The translations under genes and the position numbers were made by a program. Shown here one piece after another: positions 25,930-37,225 of a DNA stretch of 64,000 nt (positions within the stretch are counted from its first letter, which is position 1; each line of letters begins with the position of its first letter). The notes under the pieces are model-generated. The model was not told the origin of the DNA. It was given only the letters and a program-made list of their open reading frames with translations, and searched no databases. Source of the DNA: Octopus vulgaris (Eukaryota); the NCBI GenBank assembly GCA_951406725.2, contig OX597821.1, forward strand, positions 59,706,001 to 59,770,000, read 5' to 3'.

Positions 25930-26606
25930 TGTTGCAGTGTTAATTTAAATTTGCTTATGGTGGATCAAATCCACTTCATGCTTGCAAGATCCACTACATC
26001 ATGAACAATGCATGAAGATTTAAGGAAATATTTGTTTACCATTACGTTACAATACCTTGCCTTGACGGGCAGGTTATGATAAATCCAAAAGCATGCAAAG
26101 TAAAGTTTGTGTTTTTGTTCCTCTTCATTGTTTAGTAGTAATTACAGAGAAGAGATAGAATGATGTTGTAAGCGAACAGAATTAGAACTAATGAGAGTTG
26201 TAGGGTGTGGGACGTCTCACAGACTGTAAACTTCATTTCTCCTTCTGACCAAGGTTCTAGCTGGTCAGCCAGACTTCGTTGAGTCATCACTGACTGTGAC
26301 TAACTGAATTTTGCTTGGGATGTGCTTGCTTTTTATAACTATCCAGAAGGATAGATATATCATTGAGAACAATAGATTTAGTTGGTGGTCTTGTTATCTC
26401 TATTCTAGCTTTTGGTGAAGTAGAAGAGGTTAGAAAGGGTCAAGTGGTGAAGACATTATTTCGACCTAGCTAAAGGCATCTGGAACATGTAAACCTGCTG
26501 TCAGAGAAAAACCATTGTTCCACTGTGGGAACAGTTCTGTTGCAGTGTTAATTTAAATTTGGTTATGGTGGATCAAATCCACTTCATGCTTGCAAGATCC
26601 ACTACA
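25930..26606 (-). mobile_element. Miniature LTR-like element: 69-bp TG...CA terminal direct repeats, GATC target-site duplication
   Basis: 25930-25998 vs 26538-26606 differ at one base; gatc at 25926-25929 and 26607-26610; internal TATA+Inr on minus strand. Confidence 0.7.
26302..26337 (-). promoter_or_regulatory. TATA box + initiator core promoter within the LTR-like element
   Basis: minus strand TATAAAAA (26337-26330) and TCAGTT (26307-26302) at about -32/+1 spacing. Confidence 0.5.
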
Positions 26607-27397
26607 GATCTATTAACACATCCCATTAATCTCTACAATTGTTGTTCAATGCAGGGTAGGCTTTGCTAGCCATTGATGTAGTGCTGAACACCAAGCCATA
26701 TCAGATGAGAGTTCTGCAGTCTTATAGAGAAAGAAAACCACTCAACTACAGTGATGTTGTTAACGGAGGGACACCCAACATGAAATTGAGAATGTGGTGA
26801 AATGCATCCTGGTTGTGCAACCATTTGAAGAAGAAGAATATTATTGGTTTTTATAGAATTAGTAGCATTTAAACTTAAAAATTTGAAATAGCAAATACCT
26901 GGTCCAGTTCTTCATTGCTTATACTATCTTCTCACATTCCTAAATAGATAAATAAATAAGATTAATCATAATTTCTTCTTTCAAAGAACAGAGACAATTT
27001 TTCAAATGTGGAAAGTTCATTGATTGAATTGGTCTCCGTGTATAACTGGTACTTAATTGATGGAGTGAAGAAACAGAGACATCCACTTTAGCAGGATTTA
27101 TTTTAAATGAGTAAAGGACTAAACAATATACATACTGTGAACTAGTAGCTTTTTATCCTTTTTTTTCATTGTTTTTTTTTAAGCTGATATTCTAATCAGC
27201 TTATTTTACTGATAATCTTATAAGTGGGATTAATTTTAGAAGTTTCATTATTTGGGGTCGTCAGGAAAAAAAAAAAGTCTTGTGACCAACTAGAATGTTT
27301 GAATAACTTTGTATAAGAACCATAACTGTAAAGCCTTTAGGTCATCTTTCAGCTACCTAATCCTTCTCTACTATACAATTACAAATACAACTGCAAA

Positions 27398-27454
<57 letters not shown>

Positions 27455-27492
27455 GGTGATGACGACGATGATGATGATGACGATGACGACGA
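27398..27492. repeat. (GAT)n/(GGT)n microsatellite
   Basis: direct reading. Confidence 0.95.
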
Positions 27493-28089
27493 CCATTTCT
27501 TTCGCACTTTGCCACAAGTATGTAACAAAAAGAAGCCTTGATTTTAATCCCCCATTGTTATTCCATTCACATCATGATACTTTATGTGAAATAGCCAAAT
27601 GAACACAGTATTGACTGGTATTTTATTTTATCGACCCTGAAAGGATACAAAGTAAACTTGACCTTGGCAGTATTTGAACTCGGTATAAGTAGCTCTAATA
27701 ATCCCGTTAATCCAAGGAAGAATATAGTCGATTGAACCAACTCCCGTACATGACAGTACTTATTTTATAACAGCTGCAGAGATGAAAGGCAATGTCAACA
27801 CCAAAGAAAAAAAGAAAAAAGAAAAACAGCAGATAAACTATAGTTTTGGATGATTAGAGAACTAAATAAGTTTAAACTATTAGCTTTGTCCTTGGGTTAT
27901 TGTATGTAGGATAAAACAGCAACAATATAAAATCTAGTCTTTGTGTCTGGCTTAGCACAGTATTTCGTTTATAGCTTTTCTCATTGTAAATAATAAACAG
28001 ATCATATTTTATACATCTTTTGTACTCTTTTTAATCCTGTTAACATAATGAAAACTGGATTATTTTAACCATTTAAATTAATATATTAA

Positions 28090-28632
28090 ATTTCGTAACC
28101 GACTTTATTAACTTTCGGATTTGCTAAATAAATAAATCGTGTTAATGAGTGAGAAGTTACAGGTGAATTGATTAACTTAGAGCTACTACGATCAATAATA
28201 ACAGTTGTTAGCATCATCAGTTGACTACGTGTATCAATGTGAATTTAGGTAAACAGTTAAGACTTTTAGTTTAAAGCGTTAGTTTGTTCAAGTCAGTACT
28301 CTAGGTCAGGTCAGCGGACTATTGTCATATATTGAAGAGGATAACTATATTACGAGAGAGAAACTGCGTTACAATAGATCAATGAACTCATTAATTATTT
28401 CGTTTATTTATAATGTATATCATCGTCATGGTAATAAGGTAGTGTTCCAGAGGAAATAATTAACATCTAGACAACAAAATTAGAAATTACAGGTGGAAAA
28501 ATCTGACAGAGTCATAAATGAAGGAAGAATAATCGTTGATTCCTTTACGATATATGTATATATAAGACAAGACAAAAAAAAAAAAAGGAGCTCATGTAAA
28601 TGCAACACAGGAACAAGTTATACATCTAATCA
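28090..28632 (+). promoter_or_regulatory. Putative promoter/5' UTR of clarin-like exon A
   Basis: repeat-free and locally CpG-retaining; TCAGT Inr-like sites near 28217 and 28293; AGGTCAGGTCA at ~28303-28313. Confidence 0.4.
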
Positions 28633-28870
28633 ATGGAGAAGAAAAAGCGTCCGTATGTTGGCTTTACCCTGTTATTTATAACAGTTGGTATTGTCATATT
28701 AATGATGTCTTTAGCTACAGATTACTGGGTGTGTGTCCATCCAAAACTCTTAATAGGAGAAAACAACGCAACAGATACACGGCGATACAGAGGTTCTATA
28801 CATTATGGACTATTCAGAGGTTGTATAATGCTGAACTACGGACTAGGGGATCGTTTGTCGAAAATAGTAG
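28633..28870 (+). CDS. CLRN: Clarin-like tetraspan protein, first coding exon A (TM1 + first extracellular loop, 79 aa + 1 nt)
   Basis: MEKKKRPYVGFTLLFITVGIVILMMSLATDYWV...N45AT sequon...GSIHYGLFRGC..LNYGLGDR matches the clarin pattern (basic N-terminus, TM1, T..W, N-glycan, YGLF.G, GLG.R); donor G|GTGAGA at 28871, phase 1. Confidence 0.88.
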
Positions 28871-30739
28871 GTGAGAAATCTAAGGGTTTTCTACTCATTA
28901 TTATCGTTGTTATTTGTTTCCTTTTCAGATTTTACCAATTTCTTTTTAAAATATCTATGCAATCCAAATACTTTCAACTTGTTGAGTTTGAATTGTAAAA
29001 TGTTTAAGAGAACAACACAAAGTTTTTAAACTATATTAGTTCTCCTGATTACTTCACAGAAAACCTTTATTTTTGATAAATGTTAAGTGACGAGATTCCT
29101 TTCAATCTCCAATCATGAGCGCAGTTAATTGACAGTTGAACTCCTATCGCAGTCTTAGATTAATGAGAGCTTATCTCTTGCTGTGTAATGCTCACTACAA
29201 TTATATGTTTAAAACATCTCTTTTATCACAATTTGTTTAAATTAATTTGGGAGTGTTTAATATAATTCTCTCTAGAAGATAATAACATCTCGAAGTGTAT
29301 TCTCTGACGTTCTCAAAGTTTCCCCATCTATAATTATATGATCCTCGTATCTTTTCAACTGTTACCATTGTTAGTAGACACTGTGTGACCAAAAGTATAT
29401 GACAAGAAAAGAAAAACAAGGTTACGAATAAGTATAAAAAATAAAACAAATGAAATTATCTCTCTTCCCCTGCAGGGGTTAATGAAAGATAAATAATAAT
29501 CCAGCCTACCTACTCTAGACACCTATTAATTGTACATTCTGTATCTGGTTACTTCGGAGATTCTTTTCATTAATACACTCATCTAATTTGAACTAAAATA
29601 CCACATTCCAAATTGATGGATGAAAACTTTCCCAAATACACTTTAGGTATCGCGTATTTTCTCCGCACGTGCGGGGAACGAAATTTGCTTAAGAGATGCA
29701 AACCCAGGTCCAAAATGTTTTACGAAGTCGATTTTTTTTTTTTTTCATTCTTAATATCAAAACAAACACAGATATATATAATAGTAATAATTATTATTAT
29801 AGTTGGACATCGATCAAATCAGATAAATCCAATAATGAAAAGTTAGTGTTTCAAATCAATCCAAAAATATTTCTCCCCTCATTGGTTTTGGGGATGAAGA
29901 TTTTCAGAAGGATGTTCAATTCAAAGTATTTTCATTAGGGTTAGGGACAGGGCACTGGTAAACTACAAACAGGGAACAGGTTCTATTTGGACTTCACTGG
30001 TGTTTGTACAGCATATTTCGTTTTCCCATTCTTATAGAATTAAGATTTGTGTTAACATTAAATATTGCCTTAAAGACTTACATATTCTATAATGTTGGTT
30101 GTGTGACATATTACAGGGAAACATATATACACTGCACAGTCGCATTTCTCTGTCCAGAGACTTTGTACTGCAAGTTCCATATTGCAACACTAAATTCTTT
30201 AAAAAACTCCATATAAGAACTGGTGGCAGTTCCAATTATTATTGCTTTATTTCACTCTTGTTGTTAATCTTAAATCAATAGAAATTCAATGAAATAATGT
30301 TGTATTTTTGGAGACATATTATAAGACACAAGTCTACATTTTCTTATCACTAAAAACCCTTAATGTTTCATGTTTCTGTTAGAAAGAATTATCTAATGAA
30401 CAAATGAATGATGACCCTATAACTAAGGCACAGGTTATTCCCAGTTTCAATTTCATTGCTCTAAACTCTATTAAATTTTGTAATTTAATTATATTATTTT
30501 CAAATCAAAGTATTTTAAGCTTCTCCAAGTTAAAACCTCTACAAAAGATCTTCTTACTCTTTAAACTCACGTGCTGAGTCAAATAAAATTTCCAAACCAT
30601 CCATAACCTAAACTTTTTCCATGACTGTAGGGATCAACTAATATTTATTTGTAACAGGGTGGTGGACTGCCAGAAATGCTAGCACGCTGGACAAAATGCT
30701 TAGCAGCATTTCATCTGTCTTTACATTCTGAGTTTAAAT

Positions 30740-31710
30740 ACAGAAATACATCTGCAAATTCAAAAAGCAGCAAAAGCATTTCATAGCTTGGAGTCACACA
30801 TTTAGTGCCAACGACATATAAATAACAATCCAAAGCTGGCTCTTTACAAATCATTTGTCTTACCATGTTGTATTCTTGTGAAACATGGACTTGTTATGAA
30901 AGGCATTTAAAATTGTTTAAACAATTCCACTAAAGATGCCTTCATCGCATTTTAAACATTAAATGGAGTTCTTTTACTCCAAACACAGATGTCCCTGCAT
31001 CTGTAGGTATCAGCTCAATTAAAGGTATGATTTTGAGGAACCAAATGAGATATTGTTCGAATGGTGGATGAACGCATGCCGAAACAGCTGTTTTAAGGTG
31101 AGCTTGCAGAGTGGGGGGAATGCTATCAGCGTAAACCTAAAAAAAGGTTTAAGGACTGCATAAGGACTACTGTGAAGTCACTTGGAATGGATCCAGAAGA
31201 CATAGAAAGCCTTGCTTCAGATCAAGCTGGATGGCAAACAAAAGTGTAGAGTGGAGTGAAAGTGTCTGAAGAGGCCAGGATAATGCATGTAAGACTCAAA
31301 CGAGATCTAAGGAAGAATGTTACAATCAAGAAGGTGAATGACAATGACCTTTCTGTGTGCACAGTTTGTGATAGACCATGCCTTTCTTTTGTTGGGTTCA
31401 GATCTCATTTGCAAACCCAAGGAAAATGAACCTCTACCAGCTATTCTGCTTGTATGTTTGTGCACACCTTTGAATGCAATGTATGCCAGAAGGTTTGCAA
31501 ATCTAACGGAGGCCTCGAAAGACATTTTAAGATCTACAAAGACCAGGACTTATCTGCAGCTCCTGGTAGTCCAGATCAGATGTGCAATCTATGTGGGTGT
31601 CTTTTCAGAACATTGTCTGGTTTAAAAAGCCACATCAGATACCATGATGGTTCTAAGACATAGGTACAGAAGGTGGTCAAACTCTGCATAAGGAGTAGAC
31701 AACCACCATG
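30740..31710 (+). mobile_element. RTE/BovB-like LINE 3' fragment with C-terminal C2H2 fingers
   Basis: MLYSCETWTCYERHLKLFKQFH*RCL.RILNIKW...DERMPKQL..GEL...KKRFKD; FECNVCQKVCKSNGGLERH and CNLCGCLFRTLSGLKSHIRYH. Confidence 0.8.
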
Positions 31711-32739
31711 TATGTATGTACATAAGTATGTACATATGTATATATGTATGCATATATGTGTTTGTGTGAGTGTGTGTATGTTTGAGTCTCTTTGTCTTGA
31801 CATTCTTGTCAAGTTTGTATTTTTCTGAAAATTTTATGTTACATCAGTGAATAAGTAAAGCAGGTCCTTTCTTGAGTCATTGGACTCAAAGGGTCAGTAA
31901 ACTGGTTTCTATGGCATATAAGTAACTGAGATGACACCATTCCTCCTGAACAGGATGCCAGTCCATCTCAGGGTTAACTTCCCAGGTATTGCTGGAACTC
32001 ATTTATAGTGGAGTGGAACGGAGCAGTGTGAAATGAAATGTTTTGTTCAAGAACACAATGCACCACCTGGTCTTGGAATTGAAACCACAATCTTGCAATC
32101 GTTGGTGCAACACCCTAACCACTTATCATCTAGTGTAACAATTTAAAAATGATAATAACAGAATCAATAATATAGGCAATTGCAGGCCCAAAAATTGCAT
32201 TAAATAGCCGAAGGATTAAAATTAATCAAGTAGCATACTAAGTATGTCTACCTGCTGGAAATAACAGTCAAAACTCTTATTTAAATTGCCAAAATACACT
32301 GATAATAACTACAAAAATAAACCGTCTGAAGGCAAATGGGTCAAGGCAATCCCTCAGCATACATTCAAGTATTTGGACTCAAGTTTCTGGACTGGCATAA
32401 TAGTCTCACCTTCCTCAGCATGCATATAAAGATATAAATATATGTGTGTGTGTATGTCATTGTGTCTGTGTTTGTTCCCCTACCACTGCTGCTAAACAAT
32501 GGGTGTTGGTTTGTTTATGTCCCCATAACTTAGTAGTTCAGCAAAAGAGACCACAAGATTAAGTACCAGGCTTAAAAAAAAATAAGAGCTGGGGTTGAGT
32601 CATTCAGCTAAAATTCTTCAGGGTGGTGTCACAGCTTGGCCACAGTCTAATCACTGAAACGAGTAAAAGATAAACACCAGTACGCACACAAACACACAGA
32701 CATATATATACATGCATACAAACACACATACACATACAC

Positions 32740-33262
32740 CATCATCATCATCATTATTGTTTAACATCTGCTTTCCATGCTAGCACGGGTTGGACGATTT
32801 GACTGAGGACTGGCGAACCAGATGGCTGCACCAGGCACCAATCTGATCTGGCAGAGTTTCTACAGCTGTATGCCCCTCCTAATGCCAACCACTCTGAGAG
32901 TGTAGTGAGTGCTTTTACATGCCACCGGCACGAGGGTCAGTCAGGCGGTACTGGCAACAGCCACACTCAAATGATGTTTTTTACGTGCCACCTGCACAGG
33001 AGCCAGTCCAGCAGCACTGGCAACGACCTCGCTCAAATGTCTTTTCACGTGCCACCGGCACAAGTGCCAGCAAGGTGACGCTGGTAACGATCATGCTCAA
33101 ATGGTGCTTTCTACGTGCCACCAGCATGGAAGCCAGTTAGCTGCTCTGGCAACGATCACGCTCGGATGGTGCTCTTAGCACTCCACTAGCACGGATGCCA
33201 GTTATCGAATTTGATTTCGATTTCGATTTCACTTTCCTCAACAGGTCTTTGCAAGCAGAGTT
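32740..33262 (-). mobile_element. RTE LINE 3' UTR copy
   Basis: near-identical to 13410-13915. Confidence 0.85.
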
Positions 33263-33363
33263 TACACACATACACATATATGCACACACATGTGGGCACG
33301 CACACATTCACAAACATACATGTGCGAGTGCACACACACACACGTTTCTTGATGTCTCTCTCA

Positions 33364-33430
<67 letters not shown>

Positions 33431-33600
33431 CTGCTCACAATATCAGAATCTAAATTTAATGTCAAAGTTGCACATTGTGAGAAAATTTTCCCTTTCCATG
33501 TTTCACCAATATTTAACTAGTTACCATACACAGAAACTTAAATGAAGTTTAATAATCAAGTAATTTGGTAAATGTAATTACAATTTAGTTAGTTGTAAAC

Positions 33601-34113
33601 TACAGGGTGGCCTGAAAGTCTGTGTACCCGCTACCAGAAATTAATGAGAACAATAGAAGAACAGTAATGCAGTAATCCAAAGCACAAACTGGATTTAGTT
33701 TATTCCCTTTCATTGACGCTGTCACACATCGAGAAGGTCTGTATGAGCACCATCATTTTCGTGGCACAAAATGATGTGACACTATGTCCTGTGTGATATT
33801 TTTCGAAGCTGTGCTTTGGTGATTGTTGCAAAGGTTCTCCAAACGGCGTCCTTCAGCTGATAGGTATTTTGGTATCGTTCATGTGATAATACTCTCTGAC
33901 CCCAGGTGCCACACAGAGAGTTATCGCAAGACGTGAGGTCTGGACTTCTGGGAGACCAATCGACAGGTGCTGAATGTTGTTGCAATCCTTGTCCTATCCA
34001 TCTATCCTGAAAAACTTCATTTAAATATTCCCAGACATACCAAAATAAAAATAATGATAATACTGACAATAATAAATATGTAGTGGGTAACAAAACTTTT
34101 AAACCACTCAGTA
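33601..34113 (-). mobile_element. Internally deleted Tc1/mariner-superfamily element (rosa/DD41D-like C-terminus)
   Basis: degenerate TIRs tacagggtggcctgaaagtc / gtgggtaacaaaacttttaaaccactcagta; YLNEVFQDRWIG...DWSPRSPDLTSCDNSL. Confidence 0.7.
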
Positions 34114-34941
34114 GAAAAACAAAATTTTCATGGTGCCAAAAGGTTCCAGGGACAAAATTTCTGATGTCAAGTCAGTGTCGAATCAATAACACCAAACAGG
34201 GCCAAAGTGACAGCCCCAAAACATTTCATACTCTTAGAGGGAGACCACATTGAGGGATGTGGCTAATTAGTTGTTCATGCAACTCATTTTCCTACCCATA
34301 GGTACCAAAAAAAAAATTTTATGAATTGTGGTTTCAGGTTCAGTCCCACTGTGTGGCACCTGGGGTCAGTATCTTCTACTGGAATCCTAAGTCGACCAAA
34401 CCTTGTGAGTGGATTTGATGGACAGAAACTAAAGTAAGCCCATCATGTACACACACGCACACACAAATATATATGTTTATATGCGAGTTTGTGTCTTTGT
34501 CTACCAGCATTGCTTGACAACTGGTGTTGGTTTGTTTAGTACCCAAGACTTAGTGGTTCAGCAAAAGACACTGATAGAATAAGTACCGGGCTTTTAGAAT
34601 ACAGCATTGTGATTGATTTGTTTCACTAAACTTTTCAAGGCACTGCCCCAGCATGGCCACAGTCCAATGACTGAAACAAATAAAAGATAAAAGAATATAT
34701 GTATGTATGTATGTGTTTGTGTGAGTGTGTGTATGTTTAAGTCTCTTTGTCTTAACATCTTGTGATTGTTGTAAATGAATGTCATCCATTTCCAGTATTC
34801 CGAGGAAACATGTCCAGCCATGGGGTAATATTACCTTGCCTGGAAACAGGTGAGGGTTGGCAACAGGAAGGGCATCTGGCTGTAGAAAATCATTCTCCAT
34901 AAATTCCATCTGAATCGTACAAGCATGAAAAGTCGACAGTA

Positions 34942-35174
34942 AAATGGTGATGATAGTGATGGTGACAACAACGACGAAGACAATGATGACGACGATAATG
35001 ATGACAATCATGACGATAATGATGATGGCAATGACAATGATGATGATGGTGACGATGATGATGATGGTGGCGACGATGATGATGATAGTGGTGATGGTGA
35101 CAATGATGGTGATGATGATGACAATGATGATGATGATAACAATGATGACGACGACGACAATGATGATGATGATT
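34942..35174. repeat. Degenerate (GAT/GAC/AAT) trinucleotide tract forming a retroelement tail
   Basis: direct reading; explains the poly-H/I/M ORFs. Confidence 0.95.
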
Positions 35175-35476
35175 GTATATAATTGACTCACACCCATATA
35201 TGGAAGACAAAAAGCAGACGGATATCAGCAGAGCATGTATAGTGACTAATTAATACTGCAAAAGTACAAATCGAATGTATTTTAGTTGCTGCTCACATTA
35301 CCTCCTTGCTTGTTGTTCTTACCATTAGAGTTTTAATTCCAACCTGTATTACCTTGCTATTCACTGCATTACATTGACAAATCAACATGTTGTCATGACG
35401 ATCATTAATCTATTGCATATCATTATCTCTTCAGGCAGGTTGTAGTCAATAACATATATATATATATGGTATATAT

Positions 35477-35858
35477 AGGCGTAGGAGTGGCTGTGTGGTA
35501 AGTAGCTTGCTAACGAACAACATGGTTCATGGTTCAGTCCCACTGGGCAAATGTCTTCTACTATAGCCTCGAGCTGACCAAAGCCTTGTGAGTGGATTTG
35601 GTAAGCGGAAACTGAAAGAAGCCCATTGTATATATGTATATATATATATGTGTGTGTGTGTGTGTGCTTGTGTGTCTGTGTTTGACAACCGATGTTCGTG
35701 TGTTTATGTCCCTGTAACTTAGCAGTTCGGCAAAAGAGACTGATAGAATAAGTACTAGGCTTACAAAGAATAAGTCCTGGGATCAATTTGGTTGACTAAA
35801 GGTGGTGCTCCAGTATGGTCACAGTCAAATGAGTGAAACAAGTAAAAGAGTAAAGAGT
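35477..35858 (+). mobile_element. SINE family A copy
   Basis: same structure as 17359-17771. Confidence 0.85.
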
Positions 35859-35885
35859 ATACATTCACACACACTCACACACATA

Positions 35886-37225
35886 CAGTACCGTGCAAAA
35901 GTTTTCAGCAACCTCAAATAAACCAATCAAGATAGTCTATAATGTCTATAATGAAAATTTATTACATAACTAGCAGTATCGCCCGGCGTTGCTCAGGTTT
36001 GTAAGGGAAATAACTATAAAGCATTTTTAGAGAGTTATAGCCAAAAAATAGCAAAAAAATGGGGAAAAAATGATGGTAAATTTTTTTTGAGAGTTAAAAA
36101 GGTGGAGTTGCGTCCCCTAGACGGTCTGTGGTTTGGGTTTCTGATTCTCGACCCCATGTCGAATTTATCGATTTTTTTCAGAACTGGGGGAACTTTTCAA
36201 AATTTTCGCTGCGTTAGTTTTGAATTATGACATTGGGCTATGCGTGTGTCAAGTTTCATCAGAATCGGTTGAAAGCCGTGGTCAGGGTGAGGGTACGAGA
36301 AAACAGACACACAGAAACACGCACAGACAAACTGCCGTTTATATATAGAGAGATGTTCATTTCAAGAAGTTACTGTACATTATTAATATTTTGTGTGACT
36401 TCCTTTAGCTTGAATAATCGCTTCAATGCTCCTGGGAACAGATGTGTACAAATCGTTCACCATCTTCACAGATATGAGATGCCATTCTCTGTGGCTGAGC
36501 TCCCACAACTCTTCAAGATTGCGTGGATTCTTCTGACAAACTCTTCTCCTTAGTTCTGTCCACATTTGCTCAATGATATTTAAGTCAGGCTCAGAGCTGG
36601 TCAATCTTTCAATACAGTAACACCTTCATCAGCCAGAATTTATTGTATTGCACATGATCTGCAGCCTGGAGCTCTGTCATGCTGAAAAATCTCACCTTCA
36701 TCCAAGTCTGGTATCAAATTGTCTTTCAGCAACTGGATATCATCATCATCATCGTTTAACGTCCGTTTTCCATGCTGGCATGGATTGGACGATTTTACTG
36801 CGGTCTGGCGAACCAGATGGCTGCACCAGACTCCAATCTGATCTGGCAGAGTTTCTACAGCTGGATGCCCTTCCTAAGGCCAACCACTCCGAGTGTGTAG
36901 TGGGTGCTTTTACATGCCACCGGCACGAGGGTCAGTCAGGCGGTACTGGCAACGGCCATGCTCAAATGGTGCCTTTTATGTGCCACCTGCACAGGAGCCA
37001 GTCCAGCGGCACTGGCTACGACCTCTCTCAAATGTTTTTTTCTCGCTCGAATGTTTTTGTTTTTTTTTGGCACTATTCAAGTTACTGTCAATTTTAAGCA
37101 ACTTTCTTGAACCATCACTTCTTATGTATCCCCAAAGCATCAAACTCTTACCCCCAAATTTCACTGTTTTTGTCATGTAACATGGGTCATTTTGCTTTCT
37201 AATAAGTGAGAATTTGTCAGAAGGC
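35886..37225 (-). mobile_element. Decayed Tc1 element carrying nested Helitron and RTE insertions
   Basis: TIR ta-cagtaccgtgcaaaagttttcagcaac; KTVKFGGKSLMLWGYI and SSEPDLNIIEQMW.ELRRRV...IIQAKGSHTKY on minus strand. Confidence 0.82.
35970..36353 (-). mobile_element. Non-autonomous Helitron (384 bp)
   Basis: minus strand A|TCTCTCTATATATAAACGGC ... hairpin cctgagcaacgccggg ... CTAG|T; AT target, no TSD. Confidence 0.8.

Noticed and set aside
28871-28998. Hydrophobic C-terminal part of the 121-aa ORF as TM2
   Set aside because: T-rich intron read-through after the GTGAGA donor; no clarin TM2 motif
31454-31663. C2H2 zinc-finger host gene
   Set aside because: Continuous with a decayed RTE/BovB-like ORF C-terminus, which carries such fingers
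34550-35210. Poly-His, poly-Ile and poly-Met ORFs
   Set aside because: Degenerate (GAT)n tail of a repeat
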